Below, piece by piece: positions 13,168 to 21,268 of a DNA stretch of 64,000 bases. The position numbers and the translations under genes were made by a program. The DNA is from Candidatus Aminicenantes bacterium (GTDB lineage Bacteria; Acidobacteriota; Aminicenantia; Aminicenantales; Saccharicenantaceae): NCBI GenBank assembly GCA_014360015.1, contig JACIYJ010000003.1, forward strand, positions 140,821-204,820. The letters are read 5' to 3'. The notes below the pieces were generated by a model. It made no database searches and had not been told where the DNA came from. It worked only from the letters and a program-made list of their open reading frames with translations. Each line of letters opens with the position of its first letter. Positions within the stretch are counted from its first letter, which is position 1.

Positions 13168-14643
13168 ATGAAGAAAGCTTTAAAACTATTCCTGGTCGCC
13201 TTTATCATCGCTTTTTCTCTCTTGAATTTAGCCGCCGAGGAACTCCATCCTCGCCTGAAAAAAGCCGTGGCCTCTATTGACCCGATTCTTCCCTATCAAC
13301 TCACCAGAACTTTAGCCTCGCCTGAATTTGCTGGAAGGTTAACTGGACACGAGGGCTACACTAAGGCCGCTAAGTGGGCAGCAACCAAATTTAAGGAATG
13401 GGGCCTTAAACCACTGGATAATAAGAATGGATATCTCCAACCATATCCTTCACCCTATACCGTCATCGACCAGGCTTCGATGACTCTTTATCTTCCTACT
13501 AACCCAGGCCAAGATGGAAAGCTTGAATATCAAAGTGTTGGGTTAAAGCCGGAAAAAGATTTTCTCCCACTTCTTTATGCCGCAAGCGGGAATAAGACCT
13601 CAGAACTGGTCTTTGTTGGCTGGGGAATTTCTGCGCCCGAGCTCAATTACGATGATTATGCTGGGGTTGATGTCAGGGATAAATTCGTCCTCTGCTTTCG
13701 CGGCACCCCGGACCCAGCCAGACGGGAATTTCAGTATCATGACGAGCACCGGACCAGAATGAGGGTGGCTAAGGAAAAAGGGGCTTTGGGACTAATCTAC
13801 ATCTACCCCGAGGCCCAGGCTAATCCTAATGGTGACTGGCTGGCAGATTTTATGCCCGGGATGATCACCGAGAAAACCGCAGATTTGATTTTTAAAGAAA
13901 TTAATTCCAGCACTGCTGAGCTGAAAAAAGCTCTGCAAACCTACAAAAGGCCGATCTCTTTTGCTCTGAAGTCAAAGCTGGCTTATTCCGTTACTTCCAG
14001 ACATTTTCCTGATGGTATCGGCTATAACATTGCTGGCTGGGTCGAAGGTTCGGATCCAAAGCTCAAGAAAGAGTTGATCATCATTGGCGCTCATTTTGAC
14101 CACTGCGGCCAGCATCTTGGACTTCTTTTTGCCGGAGCTAACGACAACGCCAGCGGTTCAGCTGTGGTCATGACCTTAGCCAAAGCTTTTGCTTCGCTTT
14201 ATCCACGACCGAAAAGGTCAGTGATGTTCGTGCTCTTTGGCGGTGAAGAGCTCGGCCTTCAAGGTTCTAACTATTTTGCCGAGCATTTACCTTCGGGATT
14301 CGACAAAGTGGTGGCCATGTTTAATTTCGATATGGAAGGAGAAGGCGACGGCGCCTGGTGCGGAGTGAGCGCTGAAGCGCCCACTATTAAAGAAGCCATT
14401 GAACAGGCCAATAAACACATAAATATAATAAGAGGAATAAATGCTATTAGAAACATAGGAGTCAGAAGTTCTGATTTTGCTCCCTTTTTCCTAAAGGGAA
14501 TTCCCTGTGCCAGCTTCGGCTCCAACGGACCGCATTTAGCTTATCATCAAACCGGAGACACCATTTATCGCATAAATCCCGAGATTATGGGCAGCATCGC
14601 CCGGGTCTCTTTTCTCTCGGTTTATTATCTGACTGAAAAATAA
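13168..14643 (+). CDS. Secreted M28-family zinc aminopeptidase with PA domain (paralogue)
   Basis: The ATG at 13168 is preceded by GAGGTG. The protein has a signal peptide and the HFDHCG, NDNASGSAVVMTLAKAF and FGGEELG motifs. Confidence 0.8.
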   Translation: MKKALKLFLVAFIIAFSLLNLAAEELHPRLKKAVASIDPILPYQLTRTLASPEFAGRLTGHEGYTKAAKWAATKFKEWGLKPLDNKNGYLQPYPSPYTVIDQASMTLYLPTNPGQDGKLEYQSVGLKPEKDFLPLLYAASGNKTSELVFVGWGISAPELNYDDYAGVDVRDKFVLCFRGTPDPARREFQYHDEHRTRMRVAKEKGALGLIYIYPEAQANPNGDWLADFMPGMITEKTADLIFKEINSSTAELKKALQTYKRPISFALKSKLAYSVTSRHFPDGIGYNIAGWVEGSDPKLKKELIIIGAHFDHCGQHLGLLFAGANDNASGSAVVMTLAKAFASLYPRPKRSVMFVLFGGEELGLQGSNYFAEHLPSGFDKVVAMFNFDMEGEGDGAWCGVSAEAPTIKEAIEQANKHINIIRGINAIRNIGVRSSDFAPFFLKGIPCASFGSNGPHLAYHQTGDTIYRINPEIMGSIARVSFLSVYYLTEK

Positions 14644-14655
14644 GGTTTAAAATAA

Positions 14656-15309
14656 ATGGAGTTTAAAATGAAAATAGCGAAAGAAGGCCTGGTTTTTATC
14701 CTGCCGTCATTACTGCTGGGCTTGCTTCTCCTTTTACCAGGCTGGTGGGTGGGCAGTATCTTTTTCCTGGTGCTCTCAGCTGCCTTCACCTTTTTCTTCC
14801 GCGACCCCAAAAGAATACCCCCTTCCGGCCAGAATTTTATTGTCTCCCCGGCTGATGGCCAGGTGATCAAAATATATGATTTCTCCGACCATCCAGAAGT
14901 CCAGGGGCCTGGTAAAGTTATCAGCATTTTTCTTTCGCTGCTCGATGTCCATTTCACCCGCTCGCCGATTGCAGCTGAGGTCAAAAAAGTTGATTATCAG
15001 CCCGGGAAATTTTTTCCGGCTTACCGGGAAGAAGCTAGCAGCCAGAACGAATCGAACAGCCTTTTGCTTGGCAGTGCAGCCGGAAATATTTTTTTAAAGC
15101 AGATGGTCGGAGTTGCCGCGCGGCGGATAAAGTGTTATGTTAAACCCGGAGACCGGGTAGAACTCGGACAGAAAATCGGCCTGATGTATTTCGGCTCCAG
15201 AGTTGACCTCTATCTTCCCAATAGCATTGAGATAAAAGTCAGGCTGAATCAAAAAGTTAAAGGTGGTTTAACCATCATAGGAGAGATAAAAAATGAAAGT
15301 AAAAATTAA
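14656..15309 (+). CDS. psd: Phosphatidylserine decarboxylase proenzyme (short, archaeal-type)
   Basis: The 217-aa protein has an N-terminal TM helix and a C-terminal GS(R) pyruvoyl-forming region (MYFGSRVDLYLP). It is immediately followed by, and overlaps, pssA. Confidence 0.7.
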   Translation: MEFKMKIAKEGLVFILPSLLLGLLLLLPGWWVGSIFFLVLSAAFTFFFRDPKRIPPSGQNFIVSPADGQVIKIYDFSDHPEVQGPGKVISIFLSLLDVHFTRSPIAAEVKKVDYQPGKFFPAYREEASSQNESNSLLLGSAAGNIFLKQMVGVAARRIKCYVKPGDRVELGQKIGLMYFGSRVDLYLPNSIEIKVRLNQKVKGGLTIIGEIKNESKN

Positions 15310-16075
15310 CAAAAAAGTCCCCAGGATATATTTTCTGCCCAGTTTGTTCACTCTAACCAATCTGTTTTTCGGTTTTTTGAGCCTGACCGCTACTTTTTAT
15401 GGAAAATATCGCTGGGCCGCTCTCTGGATCATTATCGCCGCTTCCCTCGATGGCCTGGATGGTCTGGTAGCCAGGGCCACCAAAACCACCTCCGATTTTG
15501 GTATTCAGCTTGATTCCTTAGCTGATGCTGTTTCCTTCGCCACAGCCACTTCGTTGCTTGTTTACTTCTGGGGATTAAAAACTGCCGGACATGCCGGGGT
15601 CTTCTTCAGCTTTCTCTTTGCTGTCGGTGGTGTACTCCGGTTAGCCCGTTATAACATCAGAACTAAAACTCAAACTGACCGAAGATATTATCAGGGTTTA
15701 ACCGTGCCTTCAGCGGCTATTTTTATCGCCTCCCTGGTTCTTTTTCATCCTGCCCCAAATTATGAACGAGCCACTGCTTTTTACTTGGCTGGTCTGGTGC
15801 TGGTAATCAGCTTGTTGATGGTCAGTACACTTCGCTACAAAAACTTCATAACTCTTTTCCTCAACCGGCCGATTGACATCAGGAGCGCCCTGCTTCTGGC
15901 AGTGATTATTTCCGGCCTGCTGTTTAAGCCGAAATACTTTTTGCTCATTTTCTTCACCTGCAATGTTCTTTATGGTCCTGTTGATTATCTGGTAGTGCAC
16001 TTCAAGAAAAGATTCCAGAAAAAGCACCATCCAGAAAAAGAAAAACTGATTAAAACCGTTGACCTTAACAATTAA
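15293..16075 (+). CDS. pssA: CDP-diacylglycerol--serine O-phosphatidyltransferase
   Basis: The CDP-alcohol phosphatidyltransferase motif DGLDGLVAR-x8-G-x3-D-x3-D is present in a polytopic membrane protein. Confidence 0.85.
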   Translation: MKVKINKKVPRIYFLPSLFTLTNLFFGFLSLTATFYGKYRWAALWIIIAASLDGLDGLVARATKTTSDFGIQLDSLADAVSFATATSLLVYFWGLKTAGHAGVFFSFLFAVGGVLRLARYNIRTKTQTDRRYYQGLTVPSAAIFIASLVLFHPAPNYERATAFYLAGLVLVISLLMVSTLRYKNFITLFLNRPIDIRSALLLAVIISGLLFKPKYFLLIFFTCNVLYGPVDYLVVHFKKRFQKKHHPEKEKLIKTVDLNN

Positions 16076-16087
16076 TCTTGCCGGCTG

Positions 16088-17350
16088 ATGAAACTGAGGT
16101 CAGTGAAGCGCAAAAAAAAACTTTTATCAATTTTTTTCTTACTTTTTCTTCTGGCCTTAATTTCGATTCTGATTTTTCAGAGTTGGTCAGGGAAAAAAAT
16201 TGGTCCGCAGGTTCCAGCTCCAGCTGCGGTTGAAAAACCAATCGCTGTCCCACCGCTTCAAACAGAAAAGCTGATCATCCCGAAAGGTAAAACAATTACT
16301 GACCTTCTAACTAAGTATGGTTTTACCCAGGCTCAGGTGATAGAGATAAGGGAAAAAACCAGGCTTGTTTATGACCTGGCCCGAATTCCAGCCGGTCAGG
16401 AACTAAGATTGTTAAAGCAGAACGGTAAATACTTTAAACTTCAGCTTGACATAGATGCTGAGCACTATTTAGAGATCGACTTGAAAGATGACCAGCCCGA
16501 AGCCAGTATAAAATCTTATCCCGTAGAAAAGAAACTGGCTCTCATCGAAGGAGTGATTGAAGATTCTCTAATTGCTGCTATCAATAGAGCCGGTGAGCAG
16601 GACCTTCTGGCCCTGATGTTATCTGAAATTTTCGGCTGGGACATTGACTTTTATGTTGACCTCAGAAAAGGAGATGTCTTCAGGCTGCTCGTGGAGAAAA
16701 AGTACATTAATGGTCAGTTCAGTAGCTATGGCCGAATTCTGGCTGCTTATTTTTTGAACAAAGGCCAGCTTTATGAAGCTTTCAGGTTCGAATACCCCGA
16801 ATCAGGTAAAGCCGATTATTTCGATTCCAGGGGCAATTCTCTTCGTCGGGAATTTTTGAAATCGCCGCTGAGATATGCCCGGATCACTTCCAGGTTCAGT
16901 TACAGCCGTCTGCATCCGATCCGAAAAATCTATCGACCTCATTATGGCGTTGACTATGCCGCACCAGTGGGCACACCAGTTCAGGCCACAGCTCCCGGTG
17001 TCGTCACCTATGCTGGCTGGAATGGCGGAGCCGGACGGATGATTAAAATAAGGCACAACAATTCATACGAGACGATGTATCTTCACCTCAGAGCCTTTGC
17101 CCCTGGGATACATGTTGGGGCCAGAGTCCAGGGTGGACAAGTCATTGGCTATGTGGGTTCAACCGGGGAATCGACCGGACCGCATCTTGATTACCGCATC
17201 CTTTATCATGGGAAATACGTCAATCCCTTAAGCTGGAGATTCCAACCAGCCGAGCCTCTGGCCAAGGAGTATCTCCCTGAATTTGAAGGTCAGGTGAAAA
17301 TTCTTAAATTCATGCTTCTTTACCCGTTTAATTTTTATTTTTCGAGATAA
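16088..17350 (+). CDS. M23-family peptidoglycan DD-endopeptidase (MepM/NlpD-like)
   Basis: It has a signal anchor and the M23 core HYGVDYAAPVGTPV...GSTGESTGPHLDYR. Confidence 0.85.
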   Translation: MKLRSVKRKKKLLSIFFLLFLLALISILIFQSWSGKKIGPQVPAPAAVEKPIAVPPLQTEKLIIPKGKTITDLLTKYGFTQAQVIEIREKTRLVYDLARIPAGQELRLLKQNGKYFKLQLDIDAEHYLEIDLKDDQPEASIKSYPVEKKLALIEGVIEDSLIAAINRAGEQDLLALMLSEIFGWDIDFYVDLRKGDVFRLLVEKKYINGQFSSYGRILAAYFLNKGQLYEAFRFEYPESGKADYFDSRGNSLRREFLKSPLRYARITSRFSYSRLHPIRKIYRPHYGVDYAAPVGTPVQATAPGVVTYAGWNGGAGRMIKIRHNNSYETMYLHLRAFAPGIHVGARVQGGQVIGYVGSTGESTGPHLDYRILYHGKYVNPLSWRFQPAEPLAKEYLPEFEGQVKILKFMLLYPFNFYFSR

Positions 17351-17413
17351 AAGAAATAATCAAGATTCATTTTTCCCCAATCTCTTTGATTCTACGAAAT
17401 AAAGTCGCCATTC

Positions 17414-17429
17414 TGTTCTAAAAAGAACA
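17414..17429. promoter_or_regulatory. Perfect 16-bp palindrome TGTTCT-AAAA-AGAACA upstream of the FBP aldolase/phosphatase gene
   Basis: The palindrome is read directly from the sequence. A degenerate second copy TTCTCT-AAAA-GGAACA lies at 17464-17479, 50 bp downstream. Both are roughly 130-190 bp upstream of the ATG at 17605. Confidence 0.45.
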
Positions 17430-17604
17430 TCCTGTCTTTCTGGATCAGATTAAGCTCGTCTTCTTCTCTAAAAGGAACATCTTCCAACCAAATCAGTTAG
17501 AGCAATTGTTTAATCTAAATCGAACTTAAGTCAAAAAATTTTGACTTCAAGCATCAATTTTAAGTAAAATTTTGTCGTCAGAAAAAAAGGGTAAGGAGGC
17601 CTCA

Positions 17605-18705
17605 ATGAAAATAACTATCAGTGTTTTAAAGGCTGATGTTGGAAGCATTGGCGGTCATATCAAACCCAGTCAGGCTTTGCTCAACGAAATCAAAAACTTT
17701 GTAGCCTCGCAGGCCAAGAATCTCTTAATCGACTACTACATAAGCTCGACCGGCGACGATATTGCCATTCTCTGCACCCATACCAGAGGAACTGGAGACG
17801 CCAAAATCCATCAATTAGCCTGGGAAGCCTTTCAGGCCGGCACTGAGGTTGCCAGAAAAACCGGTCTGTACGGCGCTGGTCAGGATCTGCTCAAGGATGC
17901 CTTTTCCGGAAATGTCAAAGGTCTTGGTCCGGCCGTGGCTGAGATGGAAATTGAAGAAAGAGAAAACGAACCCTTCATCTTTTTTGCCGCCGACAAAACC
18001 GATCCTGGAGCCTACAATCTGCCTTTTTATTTAGCCTTTGCTGACCCGATGTACTGCTCAGGTCTAATTCTCAGTCCAAAAATGAGTCAGGGGTTTAAAT
18101 TCCGCATCATCGATGTCGGCTACACTGAAAAAAACAAAATCATAGAGCTTAAGGCTCCAGAAGATCTTTACGATATTGCTGTCCTGCTAAGAGACACGGA
18201 AAGATATGTAATTGAAAGCATCTATTCTCGAAGCACCGGAAATCAGGCGGTGGCCATCTCCACTCAGAGGCTACACAACATTGCGGGTAAATACACCGGT
18301 AAAGACGACCCTGTGGCCATCGTCAGAGTTCAGGGAGAATTCCCGGCAACCGGAGAAGTGCTGGCTCCGTTTAGCATCGGCCATTACGTAGCTGGTTTTA
18401 TGCGAGGCAGCCACATCGGACCGCTGATGCCCTGTAAACTTAACGCTACCATTTCCTATTTTGACGGACCACCGGTGGTTACAGCTGCCGCCTTTTCTAT
18501 GAAAGAGGGTAAATTGTCAGAACCGGCGGACGTTTTCGACCACCCTTACTGGGAGGCTATCCGAATGCAAGTTGCTCAGAAAGCCACCGAAATCCGCCGG
18601 CAGGGCTTCTGCGGTCCATCGATGCTGCCGTTTTCTGAGCTGGAATACGGCGGAGTGGTAGAAAAGCTTAATCAGCTGGAAAAGAGGTTTATTCTCTCTG
18701 ATTGA
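17605..18705 (+). CDS. fbp: Bifunctional fructose-1,6-bisphosphate aldolase/phosphatase (class V FBPase, archaeal type)
   Basis: MKITISVLKADVGSIGGHIKPS...YYISSTGDDIAILCTHTRG matches the characteristic N-terminus of FBP aldolase/phosphatase. AAGGAGG lies 7 nt upstream of the ATG at 17605. The ORF-track start at 17572 is rejected. Confidence 0.85.
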   Translation: MKITISVLKADVGSIGGHIKPSQALLNEIKNFVASQAKNLLIDYYISSTGDDIAILCTHTRGTGDAKIHQLAWEAFQAGTEVARKTGLYGAGQDLLKDAFSGNVKGLGPAVAEMEIEERENEPFIFFAADKTDPGAYNLPFYLAFADPMYCSGLILSPKMSQGFKFRIIDVGYTEKNKIIELKAPEDLYDIAVLLRDTERYVIESIYSRSTGNQAVAISTQRLHNIAGKYTGKDDPVAIVRVQGEFPATGEVLAPFSIGHYVAGFMRGSHIGPLMPCKLNATISYFDGPPVVTAAAFSMKEGKLSEPADVFDHPYWEAIRMQVAQKATEIRRQGFCGPSMLPFSELEYGGVVEKLNQLEKRFILSD

Positions 18706-18750
18706 CTTTTTCTGAACTAAACTGTATCTTACCTAAGAAAAGAAAGCATC

Positions 18751-19470
18751 ATGGCAGAAAGAAAAAGTCCAATTCCGGCCGTCGACCTGATTATAGAATT
18801 AAAACTGCCTGATGGCCGAACTGGCCTCGTCTTAATCGAAAGAAAAAATCCACCTTACGGCTGGGCTTTACCCGGCGGTTTTGTAGAATATGGCGAAACC
18901 TTAGAACAGGCCGCCATCCGCGAAGCTCTGGAAGAAACTTCCTTAAACGTGGAACTTCTTCAGCAATTTCATACTTATTCTGACCCGAACCGCGACCCAA
19001 GATTCCACACCATTTCTACCGTCTTCATTGCCCGGGCCACAGGGGAACCGGCAGCCGCTGATGATGCTAAAAAGGTTGGAGTCTTTACCAGAGAAGAAAT
19101 CAATTTCCCTTTAGCTTTTGATCATCGTCAGATACTCGACGATTACTTCGCCTGGCGGGAAAAACATCCAGTTCAGGAAGAAGGAACAAACAATGTTCAG
19201 GGTGCGTCCAGTCCAGAAGGAGAAAACCAGGAACAGGAGCAACCCTTGACTGAACTCTGCCGGGTCTGGAGCTTAGCCGAGGCTGAAGTCATCAAAAGCT
19301 TTCTTGGCACCAATGGAATAATGTGCCTTCTGAAAGGACAGATTGTTCATTCCATCTACCCATTTACCATGGACGGCCTGGGCGAAACCATCATTCTGGT
19401 GCTGGAAAAGGATCTGGATAAGGCCCGCCAGCTGCTCGAAGAATATTCTACTTCGAAAACTGAAGATTAA
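18751..19470 (+). CDS. NUDIX hydrolase fused to a C-terminal PII-like (DUF2007-type) domain
   Basis: The NUDIX box is [26 protein letters not shown]-terminal stretch of about 90 aa ([28 protein letters not shown]...[16 protein letters not shown]) resembles the small putative signal-transducing DUF2007 fold. Confidence 0.7.
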   Translation: MAERKSPIPAVDLIIELKLPDGRTGLVLIERKNPPYGWALPGGFVEYGETLEQAAIREALEETSLNVELLQQFHTYSDPNRDPRFHTISTVFIARATGEPAAADDAKKVGVFTREEINFPLAFDHRQILDDYFAWREKHPVQEEGTNNVQGASSPEGENQEQEQPLTELCRVWSLAEAEVIKSFLGTNGIMCLLKGQIVHSIYPFTMDGLGETIILVLEKDLDKARQLLEEYSTSKTED

Positions 19471-19529
19471 ATTTTAAATCCCCCTTTTTTTGTCCCGATA
19501 AAATATTTTGTTTTTAAGGGATTTTTTTC

Positions 19530-19558
19530 TTGACTTTTGTTTTTTTCTTTCTTATATT
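19530..19558 (+). promoter_or_regulatory. Sigma-70 promoter of the dcw cluster (TTGACT-N17-TATATT)
   Basis: TTGACT lies at 19530-19535, followed by a 17-nt T-rich spacer and TATATT at 19553-19558. Confidence 0.6.
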
Positions 19559-19564
19559 TAAGTC

Positions 19565-19594
19565 AAAACGGGATAAAACGGGACAAAATGGGAA
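19565..19594 (+). promoter_or_regulatory. Putative MraZ operator: three phased 10-bp direct repeats AAAA(C/T)GGGA(N)
   Basis: AAAACGGGAT, AAAACGGGAC and AAAATGGGAA run in tandem immediately downstream of the -10 element. The third repeat contains the mraZ ATG. MraZ proteins are known to bind phased GGG-containing direct repeats in their own promoter. Confidence 0.55.
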
Positions 19595-20070
19595 AAGAAG
19601 CCGCCAACAACCTGCTGATCGGAAGTTACTCAGCCAGACTCGACAATAGCGGTCGTCTGAAAATCCCCGAGAAATTTCGCGAGATTATCGAAGAATTCTA
19701 CGGCAAAGATGTCTTCATTACTTCTCTTACCGATGAAGCTGTCCAGATTTACCCCCTGTCTGTCTGGGAAGAAATGACCAGCGTGGCTAACGAAGGAGCT
19801 CTCCATCTCAGACCTGATGTCAGGCGATTCCTGCTGCGGGTGAATCTCAAGGGAAGCCATCACCAGATAGATGCCAAAGGACGCGTGCTAATCAATCAAA
19901 GCCTGAGAGAAAAAGCCCGTCTTAACACCGAAGTGGAGGTGATAGGTTTAAACAATCATTTAGAAATCTGGAACAAGGAAGTTCTCAACGCCATCATCGA
20001 AGAAAAACCCCTGACCGAGGAGGATTTTGAAAACATTGCCCGTCTTGTCCCCCGAGGAAAGACTGAATGA
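19588..20070 (+). CDS. mraZ: Transcriptional regulator MraZ
   Basis: Two MraZ/SpoVT-AbrB half-domains are present, each with a DxxGR motif (RLDNSGRLKIP and QIDAKGRVLIN). The ATG at 19588 is preferred over the upstream in-frame start at 19537. Confidence 0.85.
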   Translation: MGKEAANNLLIGSYSARLDNSGRLKIPEKFREIIEEFYGKDVFITSLTDEAVQIYPLSVWEEMTSVANEGALHLRPDVRRFLLRVNLKGSHHQIDAKGRVLINQSLREKARLNTEVEVIGLNNHLEIWNKEVLNAIIEEKPLTEEDFENIARLVPRGKTE

Positions 20071-20969
20071 AAGACTACGGGCATACGCCGGTCTTGCTTG
20101 AGGAGGTCTTAGGATTTCTTCAAGCATCGCGGCCAGGGGTATATATAGATTGCACTGTAGGCCTGGGGGGACATGCCCTGGAGATCCTGAGAAGGAATCC
20201 CGGAGCCAGAATTATCGGTTTTGACCTGGATGAGACTTCGCTTCAAGAAGCAGCGAAAAGGCTGGCTGATTACTCTTCCCGAGTGAAGCTCTTTCAGGCG
20301 GATTTCAGGAATTTGCTGGAGTTCAACCGAATAATTCCGTTTGATGAGGTAAAAGGTGTACTCATTGATTTAGGTATTTCTTCTTTCCAGCTGGACAACC
20401 CGGAGCGGGGGTTCAGCTTCAATCTGGAAGGACCGCTGGACATGAGGATGGACAGAAGGCAGAAAACTACAGCTGAAAAGATTTTGATGACTTACCCAGA
20501 AGCCCGTCTGGCTGAAATCTTCAAAAAATACGGCGAGCTTCATCACACCAGGCTGCTGGCCAAAAAAATCGTTAGCCAGCGGAAGCTGGGTTTGTTAAGG
20601 AATACGACTGATTTGAAAAAGCTGGTGGAAGAAACTTACCGTTGGGTACCACAGAAAAACAGAGTCCATCCGGCAGCCAAGGTTTTTCAGGCTCTCAGAA
20701 TAGAAGTTAATCAGGAACTCAAAGGGCTGGATGAATTCCTGGAAAAGCTGGCCATCAGATGCTCACCAGGAACCAGAATCGTGACGATTTCTTTTCATTC
20801 GCTCGAAGACCGTCTAGTCAAAAGAGCTTTTCAGAATCTGGCTTCGAGCGAAAACCGCAAGCCTGTGGTCAGGATACTGACCAAAAAACCGGTTACACCA
20901 ACGCCTGAAGAGATTGCAGCCAATTCCCGCAGTCATTCCGCCAAACTTCGGGCCGCGGAGAGGGTTTAA
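20067..20969 (+). CDS. rsmH: 16S rRNA (cytosine1402-N4)-methyltransferase RsmH (MraW)
   Basis: HTPVLLEEVL, GxGGH, FDLG(I/V)SS..QLD and the SAM-methyltransferase fold are recognisable. It overlaps mraZ by 4 nt. Confidence 0.9.
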   Translation: MKDYGHTPVLLEEVLGFLQASRPGVYIDCTVGLGGHALEILRRNPGARIIGFDLDETSLQEAAKRLADYSSRVKLFQADFRNLLEFNRIIPFDEVKGVLIDLGISSFQLDNPERGFSFNLEGPLDMRMDRRQKTTAEKILMTYPEARLAEIFKKYGELHHTRLLAKKIVSQRKLGLLRNTTDLKKLVEETYRWVPQKNRVHPAAKVFQALRIEVNQELKGLDEFLEKLAIRCSPGTRIVTISFHSLEDRLVKRAFQNLASSENRKPVVRILTKKPVTPTPEEIAANSRSHSAKLRAAERV

Positions 20970-20971
20970 CC

Positions 20972-21268
20972 ATGGTCAGGAAGAAGTACACCTGGAAACA
21001 GCTGGTTGTGGGCGGGGGGCTAATCATTCTTTTCCTCGGCAACCTGACCTTTTATATCTGGTACCAGAGTGAATCCATCCGCCTCGGCTATAAGATTCAT
21101 GAGCTGGAAATGAAAGTGGAGCAACTCAAAGAAGAAATCAAGAGACTGGAAACCAAAAAAGAATCCCTGCTGTCTCTGGAAAGAATCGACCGGATTGCCC
21201 GGGAAGAGCTAAATCTTCAGGACCCGAAACCGGAACAGATAATCTTTGAAAACCAGGTTAGCCAATGA
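20972..21268 (+). CDS. ftsL: Cell division protein FtsL-like (single TM helix plus coiled coil)
   Basis: The 98-aa protein has a TM helix followed by a leucine-zipper-like coiled coil. It sits between rsmH and ftsI. Confidence 0.7.
   Translation: MVRKKYTWKQLVVGGGLIILFLGNLTFYIWYQSESIRLGYKIHELEMKVEQLKEEIKRLETKKESLLSLERIDRIAREELNLQDPKPEQIIFENQVSQ

Noticed and set aside
17572-17604. Upstream start for fbp (MSSEKKGKEAS...)
   Set aside because: The family's conserved N-terminus begins at MKITISV. A strong AAGGAGG precedes the ATG at 17605.
19537-19587. Upstream start for mraZ (MFFSFLYLSQNGIKRDK...)
   Set aside because: It would begin inside the TTGACT/TATATT promoter and upstream of the operator repeats. 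MraZ homologues begin near MGKEA.
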